From positions 1,161 through 65,160 of the forward strand of contig JALSIP010000051.1 in assembly GCA_026989875.1 (NCBI GenBank): a DNA stretch of 64,000 nt, given 5' to 3'. Below, in pieces: positions 17,343-26,346 of the stretch. The position numbers and the translations under genes are program-made. This DNA is from an archaeon. Lineage in GTDB: Archaea; Hydrothermarchaeota; Hydrothermarchaeia; Hydrothermarchaeales; BMS3B. The first letter of the stretch is position 1; every line of letters starts with the position of its first letter. The notes under the pieces are model-generated. The model searched no databases. It was not told the DNA's origin and saw only the letters and a list, made by a program, of their open reading frames with translations.

Positions 17343-18049
17343 AGCTCCAGGTCCTCCTTGGAGTATATGGTGAATCTGCCGTCCTGGTAGAGCAGCGGGA
17401 AGTAGTGGGTGTCGTGATGGGTGGAGCGCATCTTTACCACGCCGATGTACCTCTCTAAGGAGGTCAGTATTCCTCCGCGGCGCTGGAAGAGCAGGTGTAT
17501 TATGCCGTCGCTGAGGAACTCCTCCACGCCGTGCTCGCCGTACCTTCCGCCCCCGGGAGGCATCTCGGATATCAGGAAAGCCGTGAAGTCAAGCTCGCTT
17601 AGCGCCCTGAAGAAGAAGTATATTTCAGCCCTGACGTTCCTGAGGGCGGTGAGGGTGTACATGGCATTCAGAGAGTCAATAACCAGGAGCTCATAACCCT
17701 TCTCCTCCTTTGCCTCGCTGAGATAGCCGGAAATTTTCTTTATCCAGTTCTCTCCGCGGTACCTCTTCATCCGCTCTCGTATGTCATCAAAGCTCACCAC
17801 GTCAACGGCATTCCTCTCCATCTCCAGCCTCTTCATCTGGGTCAGCAGGCTCACCGGGTCCTGCTCCAAGGTTATGTACAGCCCTGCGGCGTCGCTGTAA
17901 ACGGCGTTGTTGTAGAGAATGCTGTAGGCTAAGGAGGACTTCATCGTACCTGCGGTGCCGCAAATCAGAACAACGCTCTTTTTTGGTATGCCTCCCTCAA
18001 GGCGCTCATCCAGCCCCCTTACGAATGTTCTGACCCTCTCAACTTCCAT
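17339..18049 (-). CDS. KaiC/RadA-paralog (aRadC-like) ATPase with a degenerate Walker A
   Basis: The N-terminal motif FVRGLDERLEGGIPKKSVVLICGTAGTMKS is KaiC-like, but the P-loop is GTAGTMKS (Met replaces the conserved Gly). Walker B LLVIDSL is intact. ATGA overlap with the downstream exported-protein gene. Confidence 0.65.
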   Translation of the reverse strand: MEVERVRTFVRGLDERLEGGIPKKSVVLICGTAGTMKSSLAYSILYNNAVYSDAAGLYITLEQDPVSLLTQMKRLEMERNAVDVVSFDDIRERMKRYRGENWIKKISGYLSEAKEEKGYELLVIDSLNAMYTLTALRNVRAEIYFFFRALSELDFTAFLISEMPPGGGRYGEHGVEEFLSDGIIHLLFQRRGGILTSLERYIGVVKMRSTHHDTHYFPLLYQDGRFTIYSKEDLEL

Positions 18050-18062
18050 CCCTCTTAACTTG

Positions 18063-18078
18063 TGGCTACTGGTTTATA
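18063..18078 (-). promoter_or_regulatory. putative TATA box for the aRadC-like/OB-fold/mre11/rad50 operon
   Basis: The reverse complement reads aacaatataaacc. It lies about 20 nt upstream of the 18049 start, suggesting a leaderless transcript. Confidence 0.3.
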
Positions 18079-18297
18079 TTGTTAACGCAGAGGTAAAGAC
18101 GACTGTGGCGGGGTGTATGGTGGTGCATGCCGGGGATGCACTGACATTCTCTTCTCAGCACGTCAGCCCTTTATCACCAGCCCGCTCATACTCTTAGCGA
18201 GCACATGCACCACCCAGCCTGCCCTCACGCTTCAGCTTCTGATAGGCGAGCTTTGCTATTCCGCCGGCGATGTGCACCTCTGGCTTCTCCACCTCCC

Positions 18298-19140
18298 TTA
18301 CTTTTTCTTTATGTACTCCTCTAAGGGGGCGATTATCTCTATAACACCGAGCTCTGTGATTTCAAACACCCAGGTGCGTGAGTCGTGAGGCGCAAGGCGG
18401 CAGCCGTCTATGCGCAGGGTGCGCAGCACACTTCCTACAGGCAGGCGGTACAGCGACACATCCCAGCGGGTCTCAACAATCTTCTTGTCCAGCACTATGG
18501 TGCCGTCCAGGATGTGCGCCACCGCCAGGCCGCCTGCTGCCTCTGCGCTCTCGCTCGCCTGCGCAGAGCGTTTCTGGGAAACCAGCAGTGCCGTCTGGCG
18601 CCACCTTTTCAGAAAGCTGAAGAACTGCCTCACAATCTGCCTTGCCGCCACCTCCCTGTGCTCGTACAAGCCTGTGATGCTGTCTATCACCACGTTTGTA
18701 ATCTTCTTCTCTCTGATCGCATAGCCCATGGTGTCCAGCAGCGCCTTACTTGTTCTGAGCTCCTCGCTGGCTGAAGCATCTATAACCACCACATTCCTCT
18801 CCACCTGCGAGAAGTCTCTGCCCATAGCCTCGCTCTTCTGCTTCAGTGCCGTGTAGAGAAAGTTTGCGGGGCTCTCCACCGTAACGTAAAGCACCCTGTA
18901 GCCGGCGCCCGCCTGGGCGACGGCGAACTGCTCTGCAAGGATGCTCTTGCCGGTGTCGGGAATGCCCGTGACGTTGAGCACCGCTAAGTGGGGTATTCCT
19001 CCGAGAGGTTTTCGCCTGTAGCCTCCGTCAGTCTTCTCAATACTGAAGAATAGCTCATCCAGCCTGGTGCCCGTGGGTATTCCAAACAGCTTAGACGCCT
19101 CATCCCTGAGCTCCCCGAGGCTGAAGTACTCCCCCGCCAT
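18298..19140 (-). CDS. KaiC/RadA-paralog (aRadC-like) ATPase, canonical P-loop
   Basis: LDELF..GG.P...V.NVTGIPDTGKSILAEQF gives Walker A GIPDTGKS, and Walker B is VVIDSI. PF06745-like KaiC family. Confidence 0.7.
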   Translation of the reverse strand: MAGEYFSLGELRDEASKLFGIPTGTRLDELFFSIEKTDGGYRRKPLGGIPHLAVLNVTGIPDTGKSILAEQFAVAQAGAGYRVLYVTVESPANFLYTALKQKSEAMGRDFSQVERNVVVIDASASEELRTSKALLDTMGYAIREKKITNVVIDSITGLYEHREVAARQIVRQFFSFLKRWRQTALLVSQKRSAQASESAEAAGGLAVAHILDGTIVLDKKIVETRWDVSLYRLPVGSVLRTLRIDGCRLAPHDSRTWVFEITELGVIEIIAPLEEYIKKK

Positions 19141-19210
19141 ACGTATTTTCTCAGCCAGCCTAACGTGAAAAACTTACACCCTTGCCCAGGTTACCTGCCA
19201 GCCATGGAGT

Positions 19211-20635
19211 ATGGGCAGGGTTCTCCTCCTCAGCCTTGACGGGGCATGCCGGGAGGCTCTGAGCCTCATGCTTCCCCGCATGCCCGCGCTCAGGAAGCTT
19301 ATTGAGAAGCACGGCTTGCACGGGCTTCGCTCCACCGTGCCCCCCACCACCGCACCAGCGTGGGCAAGCATTCAGACAGGCATGAATCCAGGGAAACACG
19401 GCATAATAGACTTTCTGAGCTACAGCAGGGCAGATGGCAGAACCTCGCTGGTAAACTCCCTTGCGATACGGGGCAGAAGCATGTGGGAGGCAATCACAGC
19501 CTCTGGCATGCGGGTGATTACCGTCAACGTACCCCTGAGCTACCCGCCTGCAAGAGACAGGCGCAGGGTTACCGTCGGCTGCATGCTCTCCCCTAAGGTC
19601 TCGCCTGACATGGTTTATCCTGCGGAGATTTACCCGGTGCTCAGGAGAAACAGCTACACCATCCTCCCCGGCTTCATAGGCAGGGGCATTGCGGTGGGTC
19701 TGGAGAGGTTTGTGGACGAGTGCATACGCGTTGAGGAGAGCAGGTTTGCGGTGGCTGAGGAGCTCATGGAAGCTTACGACTGGGACGTGGCGGCGGTGCA
19801 CAACCAGTGCTTGGATGCGCTGCAGCACTGCTTCTACCACCTGCTGCTCGGCGGCACCGAGGAGGAGCGCGAGGAGCTCGGAAGGTTTTACGCAGCCGCC
19901 GACAGGCTCATTGAGCGGCTGATAAGGCGTGCGGGCAGGGTGAGCATGCTGGCAGTCTTCTCAGACCACGGCTTCACCTTGGCTGAGAGGTACATCAACC
20001 TGAACCTCTGGCTGAAGCGCAGGGGGTACCTGAAGGAGAAGAACTCCGGGCTGGCTTACAGGCTCGCGCTGCTGCTCAGGCGAATGGACGTGCTCAGGCT
20101 GAGAAACCTGCTGCTCAGCAGGCTCTTCAGGAACTCCCTGCCCTTCGTAAAGCTCAGAACAGAGCTCAGCCTCTCAAGAATAGACACGCACAGAAGCAGG
20201 GCGTTCATACCCGTAGGTGCCACCTTCGGCTGCATATACCTGGGCGGGGGCTCTGAGGCAGGGCTGCGCGAGAGGCTGAAGAGGGAGCTTGAGGGCATCA
20301 CAGACCCCGCCAGCGGGAGGAGGGTTATAGCGAGGGTTTACCTGAGGGAGGAGGTTTACCGCGGGGAGCATGCACCCGGGCTTCCCGAGCTGGTTGCAGA
20401 GCCGGCTGAGGGCTACGCCTTCGGTCCGCAGCTTCTGGGGGAGGGCAGGTTTATAAGGGCAGCCAGGCACGGCACCGAGCTCAGCGGCGCCCACGCCATG
20501 CAGGGCGTGCTGGTGATGAACACGAAGCTCATAGCTTCCGAACCCGAGCTCCTGGACATAGCACCCAGCGTGCTGGCGGCTCTCAACCTGCAGGTGCCTG
20601 AGTGGATGGAGGGCAGGGTGCTTCAGGCGCGGTGA
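19211..20635 (+). CDS. alkaline-phosphatase-superfamily type I phosphodiesterase/nucleotide pyrophosphatase family protein
   Basis: N-terminal LLLSLDG...TVPPTTAPAWASIQTGMNPGKHGI is the PF01663-like metal-binding core. Confidence 0.7.
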   Translation: MGRVLLLSLDGACREALSLMLPRMPALRKLIEKHGLHGLRSTVPPTTAPAWASIQTGMNPGKHGIIDFLSYSRADGRTSLVNSLAIRGRSMWEAITASGMRVITVNVPLSYPPARDRRRVTVGCMLSPKVSPDMVYPAEIYPVLRRNSYTILPGFIGRGIAVGLERFVDECIRVEESRFAVAEELMEAYDWDVAAVHNQCLDALQHCFYHLLLGGTEEEREELGRFYAAADRLIERLIRRAGRVSMLAVFSDHGFTLAERYINLNLWLKRRGYLKEKNSGLAYRLALLLRRMDVLRLRNLLLSRLFRNSLPFVKLRTELSLSRIDTHRSRAFIPVGATFGCIYLGGGSEAGLRERLKRELEGITDPASGRRVIARVYLREEVYRGEHAPGLPELVAEPAEGYAFGPQLLGEGRFIRAARHGTELSGAHAMQGVLVMNTKLIASEPELLDIAPSVLAALNLQVPEWMEGRVLQAR

Positions 20636-22230
20636 ACCTCTGTGACCACGCCTATGCCCTTGCTCCTGCCCTCGCGGAAGACAAAGCGCTGCCCCACCTC
20701 CACGTAGTGGGGGTGGTACTTGAATGTCATCCTCACCCTCCCCCTGTCGCCTGCAGCTAAGTACTCCCGCTCTAAGGGCTCAAGCACCACCGCCTCAGAG
20801 ATGGTCTCCAAGTGAACCACGGGCTCGTAGCCGCTTGCTATTCTGGTGGGGTGGTTGAGAACCACGATCTCTGCGGTGAAGGCTCTGGCAGCTTTAAGCT
20901 CTGCAGAGGAGAGCACCATACCCCTTCTGGGCTCCACGGGCGAGCCCTTTATAGCTATTCCCACCACCTCCCCCACCTCCGCGTTCTCAACGCTCAGGTG
21001 GTGCACCTCTATGGAGGTGCTTCTCACCCTGTGGAACTTTCCTTCCCGGTCAGGACCCAGAAACAGGGTCTCCCCGCGCCTTACCGCACCCCGCTTTACG
21101 CTGCCGCTCACCACCATCCCCACGCCCTGAATGCTGTAAATCTTGTCAATGTACATGAGAAAGCTGGCGCTGCGCTCGGGCTGGGATACACGCTTGGGCA
21201 GCATGTAGAGCAGGCGGTCAAGCAGCTCAAGCCCCTCCCCGGTCACCGCAGACACCGCCAGCACCGGCACTAAGGCGCCTGTCTGCCAGAAGCTGCCCAG
21301 CTGCTCCAGGTCTTTCAGAGAGTCTATGAACTTGGGCACCCTGCCGACGACGGCGAGGAGGCGTGCAATCTCCCGCTGCAGCTCCTTCAAGTCCCCAGCC
21401 AGGTCGCACTTGGTTATCACCACTATTACAGGCAGGTCCATGGCAAGCATTATGCCCAGGTGCTCCTTAGTTATGTGGGTTATTCCCTCGTTCCCGGCTA
21501 TGGTGAGGAGCCCGTAGTCAAGCTTCTGCCCCACTATGCCCCTTATGGTGGTTCTCAGCCAGGGCTCGTGCCCGACGGTGTCCACAAAGGACACCACCTT
21601 TGCCGCCTTCCTGACAACCTCCGCCCGCTCCCTCCTGCTGAGGGGGTTTCTCAGCCTCACAGGCTCGCCCGAGCTGGTGAATCCATAGACAGCGTAGCTG
21701 AGCTCGGCGCTGAGCCCGCGCTCTATCTCGTGCTTTCTGGTGTCTAAGTAGCGCCTGGTTTTTCCAGAGCCGTCGTCCGCCTCTCCAGACACGAGGGTGC
21801 CCACCAGAGTGGACTTGCCGTGGTCCACGTGCCCTGCAACGGCTATGAGCAGGTGCTCCTTCTCAAGGCGTGAGCGCTCAAGCACAAGCATGGCACAGTG
21901 CCTGCCGTTTAGAGCATAGTCCTTCCTGCTGGTTATGGCAAAGCCTGCCTCGGCGGCGATTTCTGAGAGCACCTCAACGCTCTCCTCAAGCTCATCACGG
22001 CTGAGCCCCACCACGCTGCCCGAGTCGTCCACCCCGATGAGGTACACCGCCCTGCCGGAGCCGCTGGCTGCACGGTACCTGAGCTGGCAGGCTAAGCTCT
22101 GCTTTCTCTCTCTGCGAAGGTGCACGCTGCGGGAGAGGCGGCGCTTGAACTCAAGGTTGCCCCCCTCACCTCTGCCTGCCAGCCTGAGGAGCTCCTTCAT
22201 CTTCAGAAGCTGCACAGCGTAACATACCAA
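20623..22230 (-). CDS. GTPBP1/EF-Tu-family GTPase with an N-terminal AlbA_2-like (Schlafen-type) domain
   Basis: G1 motif AVAGHVDHGKSTL and G3 DTVGHE, with EF-Tu-like domains 2/3. The N-terminal part carries the GNLEFK...YLIGVDDSGSVVGL AlbA_2 signature. The start may be the internal Met at 22200. Confidence 0.7.
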   Translation of the reverse strand: MVCYAVQLLKMKELLRLAGRGEGGNLEFKRRLSRSVHLRRERKQSLACQLRYRAASGSGRAVYLIGVDDSGSVVGLSRDELEESVEVLSEIAAEAGFAITSRKDYALNGRHCAMLVLERSRLEKEHLLIAVAGHVDHGKSTLVGTLVSGEADDGSGKTRRYLDTRKHEIERGLSAELSYAVYGFTSSGEPVRLRNPLSRRERAEVVRKAAKVVSFVDTVGHEPWLRTTIRGIVGQKLDYGLLTIAGNEGITHITKEHLGIMLAMDLPVIVVITKCDLAGDLKELQREIARLLAVVGRVPKFIDSLKDLEQLGSFWQTGALVPVLAVSAVTGEGLELLDRLLYMLPKRVSQPERSASFLMYIDKIYSIQGVGMVVSGSVKRGAVRRGETLFLGPDREGKFHRVRSTSIEVHHLSVENAEVGEVVGIAIKGSPVEPRRGMVLSSAELKAARAFTAEIVVLNHPTRIASGYEPVVHLETISEAVVLEPLEREYLAAGDRGRVRMTFKYHPHYVEVGQRFVFREGRSKGIGVVTEVHRA

Positions 22231-22287
22231 AAAATTTTAAGTGGTTATTCAGTCAGCACTGGCTGGTTCTGACAGGGAGGCAAGCAA

Positions 22288-22671
22288 GTGGCAAGATGGC
22301 AGGGAAGGTCTGTCAGGAAGGTTACAGGTGGCAGGTACAGGCGTTTCAGAAAGAAGCGCAAGTTTGAGCTTGGCAGGGAGCCTTCTGAAACCAGAGTAGG
22401 GGAGACCAGGCTGAAGGTTATAAGAGCCAGAGGGGGCAACCTGAAGCTGAGGCTGTACAGTGCCAGGTATGCCTGTGTGGCAAACCCGGAGACTGGAGAG
22501 ACGAAGAAGGTTGAGATACTGAAGGTGGTGAAGAACCCCGCAAATCCCCACTACGAGAGGAGGAACATAATAACCAGGGGGGCGGTGATCCTCACGGAGG
22601 CAGGGGAGGCTGTGGTGACCTCACGTCCGGGGCAGGATGGTGTGGTTAACGCTGTGCTCCTGAAGCATTAA
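22288..22671 (+). CDS. rps8e: 30S ribosomal protein S8e
   Basis: [23 protein letters not shown] ... RGGNLKLR is the S8e signature. A TATA-like box, aaaaattttaag, lies at 22236-22247. Confidence 0.9.
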   Translation: MARWQGRSVRKVTGGRYRRFRKKRKFELGREPSETRVGETRLKVIRARGGNLKLRLYSARYACVANPETGETKKVEILKVVKNPANPHYERRNIITRGAVILTEAGEAVVTSRPGQDGVVNAVLLKH

Positions 22672-22740
22672 ATATATATACTTTGCCAGAGATAGATATG
22701 ATTGCAGAGGGGCAGGCTCTGGCAGGAGGAATAAAGTAAG

Positions 22741-24000
22741 GTGCCTGAAGCGTACCTGTACTTTGAGATGGGAGTTCTGGCATTGCTCTTCCTCCTATCA
22801 GCCTTTTTCTCAGGCTCCGAGACCGCATACCTTTCGGTGAGCAGAGCCAGGATCAGGAAGCTTGCCAGGGAGGGTGACTCAAGGGCGAAGGTGCTGGACA
22901 AACTGCTTGAGATGCCCAACAGGGTTATAATCACCATACTCATCGGCAACAACTTGGTGAACATTCTTGCAGCCTCCATCGCCACCTCCATTGCGATAAA
23001 GGCTTTTGGGAGCACCGGCGTGGGCATAGCCACAGGTGCGGTGACGCTGGTGGTGCTGCTGTTTGGCGAGATTACGCCCAAGAGCTACTCCGCAACGAAC
23101 GCAGAGCGGGTGGCACTGCTGGTGGCTAAGCCCATATACGTGCTCATGAAGCTGCTCACGCCGGTGGTGCTGGTGCTCTCCAGATTTGCAAAGTTCATAG
23201 TCAGCGCCTTCGGCGGCGAGGTGAGGCTCGGTCCATTCATAACCGAAGAAGAGCTCAAGATGCTCGTGGAGGTTGGGGAGGAGCTGGGTGCAATTGAGAA
23301 GGAAGAGAAGGAGATGATATCGGGGATTTTTGATTTTGACAAGATGGATGTTAAGGACATAATGGTTCCGAGGATTGATATGAAGTGCATTGAGGCGAAC
23401 AGCAGCATTGAGGATGCAAAGAAGCTGATACTTGAGACCGGGCACTCCAGGATACCTGTTTACGAGGGGAATGTTGACAACATCATAGGCATACTCTACG
23501 CCAAGGACCTGCTGAAGTTCCTGAATTCGGGAGAGAAGCCCGAGACCCTGCACGGCATCCTGAGACCTGCCCACTTTGTACCTGAGAGCAAGAAGCTGAA
23601 CGAGCTGCTGAACGAGTTCCAGAGGCTGAAGGTGCAGATAGCGATAGTTGTGGATGAGTACGGCGGCACCGCGGGCATGGTCACCTTAGAGGATGTGCTT
23701 GAGGAGATAGTGGGTGAGATAAAGGATGAGTACGACGTGGCTGAGGGGGAGGAGTTCACGATGATAGATGAGAACCAGGCGGTGGTGGATGCCAGGGTGA
23801 GCATTCACGAGGTTAACGAGAAGCTCATGCTTTCGCTGCCCGAGGACAGGGTTGACACCATAGGCGGGCTGCTCTTCAACCTGCTGGGCAGGATACCTGT
23901 GCAGGGGGAGGAGGTGGAGGTGGATGGGGTTGTTCTGAGGGTGGAGAGCATGAGGGGGAGAAGGATTATGAAGGTGAGGGTGATAAAGAAGGAGGCATGA
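22741..24000 (+). CDS. CorC/HlyC-family transporter (DUF21 membrane domain + 2 CBS + CorC_HlyC)
   Basis: Four N-terminal TM segments with GSETAY, a CBS pair, and a C-terminal transporter-associated domain. Confidence 0.8.
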   Translation: MPEAYLYFEMGVLALLFLLSAFFSGSETAYLSVSRARIRKLAREGDSRAKVLDKLLEMPNRVIITILIGNNLVNILAASIATSIAIKAFGSTGVGIATGAVTLVVLLFGEITPKSYSATNAERVALLVAKPIYVLMKLLTPVVLVLSRFAKFIVSAFGGEVRLGPFITEEELKMLVEVGEELGAIEKEEKEMISGIFDFDKMDVKDIMVPRIDMKCIEANSSIEDAKKLILETGHSRIPVYEGNVDNIIGILYAKDLLKFLNSGEKPETLHGILRPAHFVPESKKLNELLNEFQRLKVQIAIVVDEYGGTAGMVTLEDVLEEIVGEIKDEYDVAEGEEFTMIDENQAVVDARVSIHEVNEKLMLSLPEDRVDTIGGLLFNLLGRIPVQGEEVEVDGVVLRVESMRGRRIMKVRVIKKEA

Positions 24001-24932
24001 GGTTGCGCGTGCTCTTGGCGCTGCTTGCAGCCCTCGCCCTGCTCCCCCAGGTTAGCGCTGCCCCCGCGGACGTGGTGCTGGTGAGGAGCGACATCCCCCA
24101 CGAGTTTGCAATAGCGCTGGCTTACTCGCAGAGCACAGGCATACCCGTGGTTGCCACACCCCCTGAGAGGCTGAGCAGGGATGCTGAGGAGATGCTGGCC
24201 GGGTACATTGAGATGGGCTACAGGAGGCTGGTGATAATAGGCGGCGAGGAGGCGGTGAGCAGGGAGGTGCAGCGTCAGGTGGATGCCATGGGCTACATAA
24301 CCCGGAGGATCGGAGAGGCTGACCGCTACGGCACCGCCGCCACCTTCGCCAGGGAGTTCTATTCCTCGCCGGGGGGTGCGGTGCTGGTGTCAGGTGAAGG
24401 CTCATCAAGCCTGCTGACCGCGGTGAGGTTGAGCTCGGCTACAGGCTACCCCATACTGTACGTGAGACGCTCCGGTGTGCCGCCGGCGGTGCTGGAGGCG
24501 CTGAAAAGTCTGAAGGTCAGGAGGGTGCTGGTGATTGAGGGCGACCTGACAGAGGAGGCTCTGAAGCAGCTTGCGGGATACGAGCTCAGGGTGGTGAGAA
24601 GGGGTGAGGAGGTGGGTGGAGGGGACGCAACCAAGGCTTCCAGGCTGCTCGCCGCCTTTGTGCTGGGCGCGGCTTCGGCTGCGCTTGCCATGAGGCTGAG
24701 GAGGCGCAGGCAGAGGCTGCCCGCCGAGATTTTAAGCGAGGACGAGCTTGCTGTGGTGAGGGCGATGATGGAGAAGGGCGGCAGGATTACCCAGGACGTG
24801 CTTCCCGAGATCACGGGGTTCTCAAGACCCAAGGTGAGCAGAATCGTCAAGGAGCTGGTGGAGAGGGGAATAATTGAGAAGGTTCCCAGGGGAAGAACCC
24901 ACGAGCTGGCTCTGAGAAGGCAGTTTGATTAG
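23997..24932 (+). CDS. membrane-anchored putative transcription regulator: signal peptide + extracellular CWB2-like repeats + TM + cytoplasmic winged HTH
   Basis: Signal peptide MRLRVLLALLAALALLPQVSAA. Two cell-wall-binding-2-like repeats (VVLV..D...EFAIALAYS...GIPVV; GEADRYGTAATFA). TM segment LLAAFVLGAASAALAM followed by RLRRRRQR. C-terminal MarR/Lrp-like wHTH (ITQDVLPEITGFSRPKVSRIVKELVERGII). ATGA overlap with the corC-like gene. Confidence 0.6.
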   Translation: MRLRVLLALLAALALLPQVSAAPADVVLVRSDIPHEFAIALAYSQSTGIPVVATPPERLSRDAEEMLAGYIEMGYRRLVIIGGEEAVSREVQRQVDAMGYITRRIGEADRYGTAATFAREFYSSPGGAVLVSGEGSSSLLTAVRLSSATGYPILYVRRSGVPPAVLEALKSLKVRRVLVIEGDLTEEALKQLAGYELRVVRRGEEVGGGDATKASRLLAAFVLGAASAALAMRLRRRRQRLPAEILSEDELAVVRAMMEKGGRITQDVLPEITGFSRPKVSRIVKELVERGIIEKVPRGRTHELALRRQFD

Positions 24933-24934
24933 AG

Positions 24935-25387
24935 CTACCTGCTCACAGCGCCGGGAGCGGGTCTGGGGCTGAAGGCTACGGGTGGCACCGGCGGTGGAAG
25001 CCTCGCCTTCTCTGCAGCCACGCTTATGGCAGGCAGTATGCCTAAGGAGATGGTGTTCTCCACCGCAACCCGGACGTCAAGGGGGAGGCTGTTGTAGCCC
25101 TGAGCACTCCACACGTCGTATATCTGGTGGATGCCCTCTGAGCTGTCGCCGGTGATGTAAACCACGATGCTGCACTCTATTGCCCCGATTTCTGTCCTTC
25201 TCACACCCTCCTCCTCAAAGTAGCCTATGGATATCCTGTGCCTGCTGCGGATTGAGCTGGCGCTGTAGAGCTCGGGCTGCTGGCAGGAGTGGTTGATGTC
25301 TATTCTGATGTTGCGTACAGGCTTGAGGTCGGGTATCTCGTAGCCCGTGCTCACCTCAAGCTTCCTGAGCTGTATCTCAACGCGCAT
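24935..25387 (-). CDS. hypothetical protein (150 aa)
   Basis: Genome-typical codon usage in an otherwise empty interval. It shares a palindromic TATA box with the divergent ABC gene. No recognisable domain. Confidence 0.4.
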   Translation of the reverse strand: MRVEIQLRKLEVSTGYEIPDLKPVRNIRIDINHSCQQPELYSASSIRSRHRISIGYFEEEGVRRTEIGAIECSIVVYITGDSSEGIHQIYDVWSAQGYNSLPLDVRVAVENTISLGILPAISVAAEKARLPPPVPPVAFSPRPAPGAVSR

Positions 25388-25412
25388 CGCTCTATGGTGA
25401 GGTCTGCCAAAG

Positions 25413-25425
25413 TATTATAAAAAGG
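25413..25425. promoter_or_regulatory. shared TATA element of a divergent promoter
   Basis: tattataaaaagg lies 19-31 nt upstream of the ABC ATPase GTG (25444) and 26-38 nt upstream of the minus-strand ORF start (25387). Confidence 0.35.
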
Positions 25426-25443
25426 TTAGCCAGAAGTAGTGGT

Positions 25444-26346
25444 GTGCGGGCAGAGGCGGTGGTGGTAAGCGGGGTGAGGAAGAGCTTTGCAGGAAGGGAG
25501 GTGCTGCGTGGAATGAGCTTCAGCGTTGGCAGGGGTGAGGTTTTCGGAATACTGGGACCCAACGGCGCAGGAAAGACAACGCTGATACGCATTATTGCGG
25601 GTCTCCTGAAGCCTGATGCCGGAGAGGTCAGGCTGAACCTGCCACGCCGGGAGGCGGTGGGCTACCTGCCCGAGGAAAGGGGGGTTTACAGGAGAGCCAG
25701 AGTTGCCGACTTCCTCAGGTACCTGGGAGAGCTCAGGGGGATGGATGCGAAGGAGGCGGAGAGGCGGGCTCTGCACCTGCTTGAGAGGATGGGCATGCTC
25801 AGCCACGCCCGCAGGAGGCTGGAGGAGCTTTCCAAGGGTATGGTGCAGAAGGTGCAGATGGCAGGGGTGCTCATTCACAGCCCGGAGGTGCTGCTGCTGG
25901 ATGAGCCCTTCTCGGGGCTTGACCCGGTTAACACCAGAGAGATGGAGAGGCTGATAGAGGAGCAGAGGGATGCTGGAGCTGCCGTGATTCTCTCCACCCA
26001 CATGATTGAGCGTGCCGAGAGGCTCTGTGAGCGTATCGTGATGATACACAGGGGGATGGCGGTGCTGCAGGGCATGCCTGAGGAGATATGCAGGGCGCAT
26101 TACGGGGGGAGGATAAGGCTGGAGGTGCACGGAGAGCTGCCGGAGATAGAGGGGGCAAGGGTGGTGGGGAGAAGGGGCGGAGAGGTGGTGCTGGAGGTGG
26201 AGGGAGGCACCGCCCCCGCGGATGTGCTGAGGCAGCTCATGAGTGCGGGTGCAGAGCTCAGGAGGTTTGAGGCTGGTGCGGGCTCGCTGAGAGAGGTTTT
26301 TGTCAGAATGGTGGAGGAGAATGAGGGGCGCGCTGGTGGTTGCTAA
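25444..26346 (+). CDS. ABC transporter ATP-binding protein
   Basis: Walker A GPNGAGKTT, signature LSKGMVQK, Walker B LLLDEPFSGLD. Confidence 0.9.
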   Translation: MRAEAVVVSGVRKSFAGREVLRGMSFSVGRGEVFGILGPNGAGKTTLIRIIAGLLKPDAGEVRLNLPRREAVGYLPEERGVYRRARVADFLRYLGELRGMDAKEAERRALHLLERMGMLSHARRRLEELSKGMVQKVQMAGVLIHSPEVLLLDEPFSGLDPVNTREMERLIEEQRDAGAAVILSTHMIERAERLCERIVMIHRGMAVLQGMPEEICRAHYGGRIRLEVHGELPEIEGARVVGRRGGEVVLEVEGGTAPADVLRQLMSAGAELRRFEAGAGSLREVFVRMVEENEGRAGGC

